Of a stretch of 44,775 bases of DNA, positions 38,053-44,775 are shown piece after piece. The stretch lies in IMG/VR virus record IMGVR_UViG_3300034279_001376, positions 1 through 44,775 of that record; one strand, given 5' to 3'. The position numbers and the translations under genes were made by a program. Numbering within the stretch: position 1 is the first letter of the stretch; each line of letters opens with the position of its first letter. This DNA is from a virus. Lineage: Duplodnaviria > Heunggongvirae > Uroviricota > Caudoviricetes. Below the pieces are notes generated by a model that saw only the letters and a list, made by a program, of their open reading frames with translations, was not told the DNA's origin and did not search any database.

Positions 38053-41000
38053 TACTTTTGATTTATAGCATCTGTGAGAGGCTCGTTTAATTGAAGTATA
38101 ATCTTGTCGGACTGTGCTGCTCTAAGATGAATTACATTCCACTTTCCTTTAATGGTTTCACGAACCGTAGGTGGTTTGTCCACTATATTGAGAGGAAAAT
38201 AATACATTCCGTTGGATTGGTATTCTAAGATGGCTCCTTGACTGTGGTTATTTTCTAACTTGTTAATGTTAAAAGTATTTCCCTTAATTCTAGTGACCTC
38301 TGCTTGACCTTCTCTATTTTGGGAAAGACTTTGAGTTCTGTCATTTCTATCCTTGAGTAAGAGGGTAAGAATACCAGTAGAACTGTTATTGTTATAAACA
38401 AATACTTGGTCAAAAAATTTCTTAGAATAAGCAAACTTTTTGTAACCTTCCACCTTTATAAAATCTACTATAACCGAAATACTTTGCAATTCAGAATCTT
38501 CTTGTTGCACTTCTACGAATCCTACATCAAATAATTCTACTGAACCATAATACCTTTGATAATCGTATTTTTTATTGTGTTTCCATATTCCGTTGTTTTT
38601 GACTGAACAGAAATTATTAGGCATAGTAAGATACCAGTCAGGAACAAATGAGTGGAATGAAATAAACCCGTCAGTGTAAGGAGAATAAGAAATAGTCCAA
38701 CCAGTCAGTTTGTCCGTGAAAAACAGCATTCCTGTAAAATTGTCATACACTGTTACCAAGGAATTTTTATATCCGGGATTAGTATTCGAGAGATAAGTCT
38801 CAAGGAATGAACTTACACCTACCAATTCCTTGAGTTGACCAGTCCATTGAAAAAGTTTTTTTCTGTATCTATCTAGGTAGAAAGTTCCAAATCGAGTATT
38901 AATAAAGGAATTAGGATCTACTGATCCTGAGTATCCTGTAAACTCATTGGCTACTTTTCTCAACCTTTTGGAAAAAATGTCTCCTTGGGCCAAAAAGATA
39001 GTGTTACCTTCGTTTGTTTGAAAAGTATAATCTTCTTGGGAATATAAAATCATATTTTCAAAAAGAAAAAATATAGAGTATTGATCTATATAATGCAGCC
39101 CTGTAAATTCTCCGTAAATCTGTGGAAGAATTGTGTAGTTAAGTGGTAAGAATTTTAACCAGTTATCTCCTGCACTTTGTAAATCGTTTTTAAGTGAGTA
39201 AGTAACAGTGAAATTTGCATCACTTTTAGTGTAACCGCTTAACTTAATTTCTTCGACTGTTTTATTGAGTAATGAAAAGTCATAAAGATAAGTAGGTTGT
39301 AAACGAATATTATCAGCCTTTGACAATTCAAAGTAAGTAGTTTCTGGAAAAAACCTAGAGTTAGGTGTCATGTCTTGCTCCCTAAAGTTTCCTATAAATT
39401 CACTCTCACACCAATAATAAGGACAACCTGTTACCCAAAGATAAAAATACCCAAAATCTGCTCCAGATTCTAACGAGTTATTAATAAAACAACTCAACCT
39501 AGCCTTGTCTCCTGCGCTAGTAAGGTTGTCATACCAGTAAGTAGGATACCACACATTACGTTTGTCTCGGTAATTATACTCAGTGTTGTAAGGCACATCG
39601 TATAAATATTCATCAAACATAGGCATCTTTCTAAAATCAGAGTGACGACTTATGTAAGTGTCACCCCCAAAAAAGTCTGCTTGTAAGTTATAATTCTTAA
39701 AACAAGACTCAACCGGAATATAAGTAGGTTGATTTACATTCCCATATTGGTTTTTCTGAGGAGTACGTACTCCCACGTAATAAGAAACTGCTTGTATAGG
39801 ATACTCTACGCCTCCTATGGTTATGTTGTCACAAGGCTGCGTGCTGTCTCTGCAATCTATATCTCCCCTAGTAAATCTGGAAGTGTCTTCATTAATAGGG
39901 TTAGGTACGTCTTTTTCAACCTCTAAGTAGTAAGAAGTCTCTCTTTCTTTATTATTAAACCTTTCTCCGTTAGAAACAAATTGTTTAATAGGATACAACC
40001 ATTGAGATTGTTCTATTTTTCTCCTTTCGTCAAGAGGTTCTTGGAATACTTGAAATGACTCAAACTGTGCGTAAGAGTCAAACTGTTGTGCGTAAGGGTG
40101 ACTTGTTTTTACATCAGGCACAGTTGCTCCTATGCCTACTTTGGGGTGTCTGTAAACCTCGTTAAATTTGGAAGTAATTTTCCCTATCTCCTCAGTGTAC
40201 ATTTTTAACTCTGTGCCAAACTCATTCCTAGTTTCTCTGTAATGAATATCAGGAGAATGATAAGTAAACCGATTTTTATAATATAAGTCAGCATGAAGAT
40301 GGTTGGGAAAACCAGTGGATTCATTTGTCTGAGTTTTAGAAAGATAAACATCTTTCTTTAAGTCATTATAAGGGTAATTGGGATACATTATTTCAGTACC
40401 TTTGTCAACTTCTTTGTTGACATTATAAAGTAAACCTTTGTGAAGAATAGACTTGTTACCTGTTCTGTCAGAGTATAAAAGTCTATATTTCCAACCAGTC
40501 ATGGACTGCCCATTAACTACTGGAGGAGACACGTTCTTTAACCTTACTCCGAGTATGTTTACACAATTATCCGGTACAAACTTGGTTACATCATAAGAGG
40601 ACAACACAGGTTGATTATCTTCATCAAACCCTAATATTTCCGTAATAGTCTCCGTAAAGCAAGTTCCATTATTATGTATGTGCGTAAGATCACTAGAAGG
40701 AAATCTATGCCTACGTATAGGTTGACAACGGAGGTTTCCCCACCTGTTTTCATCAGGATATTTTAAATCCTTGCATTCATAGTAGCCCATTTTACCAACC
40801 TTGGTTACAGTAGGAACTTCTAAACACGCTATACAATCACCTGCTACCACACTCGTTATATAAGCAGTGTTTTTGACTTCCCACACTTTAGTAGGTACAT
40901 CTGCACAAGGTTCTAAATTTTCATACGTGTACAAGGATTCAGGAATGTCTGCATTCTCAGTTACTACACCTGTGGGTGTGGTCAACATGTAATTAGGACC

Positions 41001-42134
41001 TAATGCTCTTCCGGGAATATGATACACACCTCTTCTTCTTCCAAGTTCATCCAGCCACTCTATTGCAAAGTCATAAGTTTCGTCTCTAAGAAACCCTTTA
41101 AACAAATGTGCCTCTTTTGCTGGTACTTTCTTTTCTAGCCATTCTACTTGAATGTTGTTGGCCAGAAGTTGATATTCTAAAGGTTCAACTGCTTGATGTT
41201 TCCCCAATAACAACGTTTCATCATTGGTGACTATGTGACTAGAAGTGTCATATACTACCCGTTTAGAAAGGGCTGTGTTGATGTCTAAGACGGTTGCATT
41301 CGAGAAATTAGAAAGGTTAATAGAAGTAGTTCCCTGAGAATACTCTCCAAAATTGTAAACTACTTGTCCGTTTCTGGTCTGGGTTACTAGGATTACTGTA
41401 AAATATTGAAAAGGCGAATATACGCATTCTACACTGAGATCAAACCCTATGTCTTGTTTGTAACTTTGGTTTTTAACCACGTCACTGAAATAAAAATCAG
41501 AAAAAGTAATTCCATCCTCAGAATAAGCAATTCCAACTTGATAGGTTCCTGTGGAAAAACTTCCTTGTTTGTTTGTCTTGAGTTTAAGACAAGGAGGTTT
41601 GTGAGTTTTATTCAATCTGATTTTATTACAATCCAAAGCATCAGTTGTGATAATCCCACACGTCAAACAATCACTAGCATTAGTAACTTTGGGGTAATTT
41701 CCTAATAAAGTTTGATCTATGTTTAAATACCTGTTAGGATTCTTTCCGTCTATCCAGTAAATTATTCTTTCGTTTGTTTCATTGAGTCTCTTAGACACAC
41801 CACGAATAGGAAACAAAGGGTCAAAGTTCAAACAAGGATCATTTATTAATTCTGTTTGAGTGCAGTTTTCCAAGTTTACTAAAACTAGTTTAGAACTAGA
41901 ACCTTTAAGACCTACTATGTATTGAAACTTATCTAATGAAATGGCTCCTACAAATGTGTCTGTAAATTTTACACACAACTCATTGGAGAGCATGTTTTGA
42001 ATAAACACCTCTGAATTACCTTCGTGCCCTTTTACAGTCCCGTTCAACATATAAACCAAATCTCTCTGCTCTAAGGCTGAGAAATGTGAGTCCAAGTTTA
42101 ATTTAGGAAATGCAAGATTTTTTACAGTCTTCAT
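38052..42134 (-). CDS. 1360-aa tail muzzle / tail stabilisation-like protein (crAss-like)
   Basis: Size and position directly after two ring-like genes. Beta-rich. N-terminal 'KLNLD...YMLNG', internal 'YPNYPYNDL' and C-terminal 'WTISYS...FISFHSFVP' are of the kind seen in crAss-like muzzle proteins. About 22 Cys. Confidence 0.7.
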   Translation of the reverse strand: MKTVKNLAFPKLNLDSHFSALEQRDLVYMLNGTVKGHEGNSEVFIQNMLSNELCVKFTDTFVGAISLDKFQYIVGLKGSSSKLVLVNLENCTQTELINDPCLNFDPLFPIRGVSKRLNETNERIIYWIDGKNPNRYLNIDQTLLGNYPKVTNASDCLTCGIITTDALDCNKIRLNKTHKPPCLKLKTNKQGSFSTGTYQVGIAYSEDGITFSDFYFSDVVKNQSYKQDIGFDLSVECVYSPFQYFTVILVTQTRNGQVVYNFGEYSQGTTSINLSNFSNATVLDINTALSKRVVYDTSSHIVTNDETLLLGKHQAVEPLEYQLLANNIQVEWLEKKVPAKEAHLFKGFLRDETYDFAIEWLDELGRRRGVYHIPGRALGPNYMLTTPTGVVTENADIPESLYTYENLEPCADVPTKVWEVKNTAYITSVVAGDCIACLEVPTVTKVGKMGYYECKDLKYPDENRWGNLRCQPIRRHRFPSSDLTHIHNNGTCFTETITEILGFDEDNQPVLSSYDVTKFVPDNCVNILGVRLKNVSPPVVNGQSMTGWKYRLLYSDRTGNKSILHKGLLYNVNKEVDKGTEIMYPNYPYNDLKKDVYLSKTQTNESTGFPNHLHADLYYKNRFTYHSPDIHYRETRNEFGTELKMYTEEIGKITSKFNEVYRHPKVGIGATVPDVKTSHPYAQQFDSYAQFESFQVFQEPLDERRKIEQSQWLYPIKQFVSNGERFNNKERETSYYLEVEKDVPNPINEDTSRFTRGDIDCRDSTQPCDNITIGGVEYPIQAVSYYVGVRTPQKNQYGNVNQPTYIPVESCFKNYNLQADFFGGDTYISRHSDFRKMPMFDEYLYDVPYNTEYNYRDKRNVWYPTYWYDNLTSAGDKARLSCFINNSLESGADFGYFYLWVTGCPYYWCESEFIGNFREQDMTPNSRFFPETTYFELSKADNIRLQPTYLYDFSLLNKTVEEIKLSGYTKSDANFTVTYSLKNDLQSAGDNWLKFLPLNYTILPQIYGEFTGLHYIDQYSIFFLFENMILYSQEDYTFQTNEGNTIFLAQGDIFSKRLRKVANEFTGYSGSVDPNSFINTRFGTFYLDRYRKKLFQWTGQLKELVGVSSFLETYLSNTNPGYKNSLVTVYDNFTGMLFFTDKLTGWTISYSPYTDGFISFHSFVPDWYLTMPNNFCSVKNNGIWKHNKKYDYQRYYGSVELFDVGFVEVQQEDSELQSISVIVDFIKVEGYKKFAYSKKFFDQVFVYNNNSSTGILTLLLKDRNDRTQSLSQNREGQAEVTRIKGNTFNINKLENNHSQGAILEYQSNGMYYFPLNIVDKPPTVRETIKGKWNVIHLRAAQSDKIILQLNEPLTDAINQK

Positions 42135-42931
42135 AAATAATGTGTGTTTCTAGGTCTGATGAAATTCTTATAGGCTGAATATCTTTTGTTTAAGACTGCT
42201 CTTAAATTGTAAAAGTCTTTAACTTCATTCATTTTATAAAACGAACGTGCTATTGCTTGTTTTTCCACCAATTTATTTTGGAGGTATTGGAGCCTCTGGA
42301 TAGCGTCAGATACCTGATTAAGATAGAGCACCTCAAGACACTCAACCTCCATTGCTGTTTCTATCCAATCTGTAATCTGGGTATGGTCAGGCACTAAAAA
42401 CTCTTCTCCATCCCAATTGTCAGATAGGTAAGTAAGAATAATATTCCCGCTAAAATTTGCATAAATCTTACCGTTCTGAATAGTAATAGAATCGCCTACT
42501 CTGCTGTCTAAATGGACCGGAAACAAAGAAGTGTATTTGATTTTTTCAAGATTAAACTCCTGTATAATCTCTATAAGATTTCCGCAAGTATCTTGGCAAT
42601 AATCAAATTTAGTTTTGCATACTGGAATACTTACTACTTCCCTTTCCGAGATTCTCATAATTCCTTGTTCTCTTTCATTCAAATCGTAATACTCGACTTG
42701 TTCATAGCCCATAATACTTTCTACTTTGAAAAAATCACAAGGCAGATCACATTGTTTGTCTTGAATATTGAGAGTTACCACTTTTAATTGATGAGCCTTA
42801 AATCCTATTCTGTCAAGGCAAGATTTAATTGCTTTGTACAAATGAGACTCATCTACTGTACCTTGGGCAAAGTAAGTGGAGAGTCTGTTTTTTACGTTGT
42901 TTACGAGTACTTCACTGCTTATAAAATTCAT
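42131..42931 (-). CDS. 266-aa probable tail ring/adaptor protein
   Basis: Helical N-terminus, 'CDLPCDF' beta-region and 'LVPDH..ITDWIE' helical C-terminus, consistent with P22 gp4-like/crAss ring proteins. Supported by synteny; ATGA overlaps at both ends. Confidence 0.55.
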   Translation of the reverse strand: MNFISSEVLVNNVKNRLSTYFAQGTVDESHLYKAIKSCLDRIGFKAHQLKVVTLNIQDKQCDLPCDFFKVESIMGYEQVEYYDLNEREQGIMRISEREVVSIPVCKTKFDYCQDTCGNLIEIIQEFNLEKIKYTSLFPVHLDSRVGDSITIQNGKIYANFSGNIILTYLSDNWDGEEFLVPDHTQITDWIETAMEVECLEVLYLNQVSDAIQRLQYLQNKLVEKQAIARSFYKMNEVKDFYNLRAVLNKRYSAYKNFIRPRNTHYL

Positions 42932-43599
42932 ATTGAGTTCTCTCTTTGTGACTCTGACATGTTAACCACGTTGTCAGTTGGTCTGTTTAAAGTAGGTAAC
43001 AATTTTTGGAGAGTGCTGGTTACAGCAGGAGCCACCAAATAACTAGGAACTCCACAAGGTTTGTCTAACATACTGGAACAAGGCTTAATTATGGGGTTAC
43101 ATTCACAGTCAACTTTAGTCTCAAAAAATACCCCACTTAACACCAAATTAGAATAAGATAGATTGGTCCACAAATACCCATCATAAATAAATGCAAACCT
43201 TCCCTTAGAATATCGCAGATTAGTTTTAATCTGAAACTCTAAAGGCGTAACCAAGGTTATATTGACAGAATTATCAGGTGTGGAAATAAACTGAACCAAA
43301 GGACCTGTTGATGTTTCAAACAAGTCAGGTATTTTAAAAAGTGACTTATAAATCGAATAAGTTAAAGGTATGCTCAGATTACACAAAAGAGGTGAACTCT
43401 TTTCCATTTTCAAGCAGACTTTCTGCCAAGCCTCTGTGGTTTTATAAATTTTTCTCTCGTTGTCCGCGTCTCTTTTAATAAAAACCTTGGCCTCTGAAAC
43501 GAACTCATTCCACAAACCTCTGTTGGAGTACATGCTGTCTGATGTAGTCTCCTTGAGTGCTGACCTTAACCTTGCTACTATTGTTCCTATTGTGTCCAT
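42928..43599 (-). CDS. 223-aa probable tail ring/adaptor protein
   Basis: 'TIGTIVARLR...DSMYSNR...' N-terminus and 'RFAFIYDGYLW...LVLSGVFFE' core. Lies between the IHF-like gene and the muzzle, as in crAss-like phages. Confidence 0.6.
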   Translation of the reverse strand: MDTIGTIVARLRSALKETTSDSMYSNRGLWNEFVSEAKVFIKRDADNERKIYKTTEAWQKVCLKMEKSSPLLCNLSIPLTYSIYKSLFKIPDLFETSTGPLVQFISTPDNSVNITLVTPLEFQIKTNLRYSKGRFAFIYDGYLWTNLSYSNLVLSGVFFETKVDCECNPIIKPCSSMLDKPCGVPSYLVAPAVTSTLQKLLPTLNRPTDNVVNMSESQRENSI

Positions 43600-43603
43600 T
43601 TAA

Positions 43604-44086
43604 TTACCTGTGTGGATTATTGACTGATTTTAGATTCGGAAACACCAAAAAGTGCATATAACCTTTCTTGATTCTTTCCTTTAATGACATTCGGAGAGAG
43701 TAAGAACTTTTAAAATATCTTACACCACTCCATTTTGAAGGAATTAACAACAAGTGTGCTCTAAATACTAATCCTCCTGTTTGTACATTCCTAAGGTACA
43801 CTTTTTTGTTGGCTATTTTTGAAGATTTGTGGTCTATTGTTTTGCGTAAATTACCACTTACCCTCAATGTTCCCAAACCCTCGAAATAAACCCCGTCTGT
43901 ATTGTTTACTACCTCAGAGGCTATTAAATAACCAAGTTGCCTCAAACAATTTTCGGATACTCCTTTAGTCCCTATCACGTTATTTTTTAGGTAGGTACTA
44001 ATTGTGTCCTCACTGTAAAAGTTGTAATCACCTTGATTCTTTGTGGACCTGTATTCATTGTGAGGTGCTATGCAGTTATTGACCAT
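43604..44086 (-). CDS. HU/IHF-like DNA-binding protein
   Basis: Helix followed by 'GVYFEGLGTLRV' resembles the HU/IHF 'V.l.gfGtF.v' signature, then a basic arm. An IHF-like gene precedes tail genes in crAss-like phages. Confidence 0.55.
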   Translation of the reverse strand: MVNNCIAPHNEYRSTKNQGDYNFYSEDTISTYLKNNVIGTKGVSENCLRQLGYLIASEVVNNTDGVYFEGLGTLRVSGNLRKTIDHKSSKIANKKVYLRNVQTGGLVFRAHLLLIPSKWSGVRYFKSSYSLRMSLKERIKKGYMHFLVFPNLKSVNNPHR

Positions 44087-44133
44087 AAGATATGGAATTT
44101 ATTTTAAATTGGGGCAAATTTTGTTTAATTTTT

Positions 44134-44775
44134 TTAGATAAAAAAGTAATGCTCTGTTATCTTGTTTTCAGAGAGGCTTAATATGTCCATGCAAACTCCT
44201 CTAGTGTTGGACATAAAGTTGGTTTGGACCCATTTTGAAGAACCAAATAAAGAGAGAACATTTTTGTACCTAAAGAATTTGTTGTATTGGGTGTTGGCTT
44301 GATGAAGGTCACCCTTAATAAAATGAATGTATTTAGAACTTAACCCTACTTGGTCTATGTAAGACTTGATGTAAAGTTCTGTCTTCTGGTCAAGATTTAA
44401 TGGTAAACCGTGTTTCATGTCTTTCCAATCTTTTCCGTGGCATATTAAAAATGTGTGATCTTCTATCTCAAAATGCTCAATAAACTTATTTCCTACTACG
44501 CAATAAATTCCTTTCAATTCTAAGAGAGAAGCAAGGTTATTGTTAAGAACCCACTCTAATTCCCCTCCGTGGTTTGAATCTCCTACTGACCTAAACTCTA
44601 TGGCTCCAGAATAATGGTTTTGAAGTGTGGTAAAAAAGTCAAGATGACTTTGCATAAACACTCTGTAAACTTCTTTTGTGTCCAAGTTCTGGGGGAGCCT
44701 GTGACTCCTAGAACCTGTATAACCTTCTTGCCCGTCAATTGCATCCCCTAGATCACATACTATTATTTTTGAGAA
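44134..44775 (-). CDS. Calcineurin-like metallophosphoesterase, 5' end outside the window
   Basis: The frame stays open from base 44775 (FSKIIVCDLGDAIDGQEG...), so the track's TTG start at 44685 is internal. Motifs DLGDAIDG, GDSNHG, CHG and KGDLHQ occur in the order expected for this family. Confidence 0.75.
   Translation of the reverse strand, partial: FSKIIVCDLGDAIDGQEGYTGSRSHRLPQNLDTKEVYRVFMQSHLDFFTTLQNHYSGAIEFRSVGDSNHGGELEWVLNNNLASLLELKGIYCVVGNKFIEHFEIEDHTFLICHGKDWKDMKHGLPLNLDQKTELYIKSYIDQVGLSSKYIHFIKGDLHQANTQYNKFFRYKNVLSLFGSSKWVQTNFMSNTRGVCMDILSLSENKITEHYFFI

Noticed and set aside
3091-42787. Numerous short plus-strand ORFs and small nested minus-strand ORFs (e.g. 8965-9420, 12195-12605, 29797-30042, 34367-34558)
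   Set aside because: All lie within long coding genes, have no recognisable motifs, and are expected as antisense or off-frame shadows.
876-44775. Stop-codon reassignment, as in some crAss-like phages
   Set aside because: Multi-kilobase ORFs are intact under the standard code, and TAA, TGA (42131, 42928, 25753) and TAG (30574) all end genes at tight junctions.
1-44775. CRISPR arrays, tRNA, rRNA, IS elements
   Set aside because: No spaced direct repeats, cloverleaf or transposase motifs seen, and there is almost no non-coding space.

Overview
A 44.8-kb segment of a crAss-like (Crassvirales-type) bacteriophage, probably infecting a Bacteroidota host. All credible genes are on the minus strand. 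In transcription order (right to left): a truncated metallophosphoesterase; an HU/IHF-like protein; two probable tail ring proteins; a 1360-aa muzzle/tail-stabilisation-like protein; a lysozyme-like cargo protein; a ferritin/Dps-like protein; two further probable cargo proteins; then three giant probable ejected proteins (1467 aa, a ~3165-aa single-chain virion RNA polymerase with RIPTQ...DYDYD motifs, and 1950 aa) with a small Hint-like ORF wedged between the first two. After the largest intergenic gap, which contains hairpins and a Bacteroidota-type -7 promoter box, comes a tail-fibre/tailspike module (123, 561 and 2447 aa, plus a truncated Gly-rich protein). Best leads: (1) near-exclusive placement of cysteines at the facing termini of the three giant proteins, suggesting a head-to-tail covalent chain; (2) a stand-alone, apparently catalytically degenerate Hint/intein-fold ORF at one of those junctions, preceded by an in-frame -1 slippery heptamer; (3) repeated Q-x-G-G motifs alongside an HExxH protease motif in cargo proteins; (4) a SLOG-like domain appended to the RNAP; (5) Sec-type signal peptides on two tail-fibre-like proteins. 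All family assignments come from motif recognition by eye, and counts are hand counts. No database searches were run.
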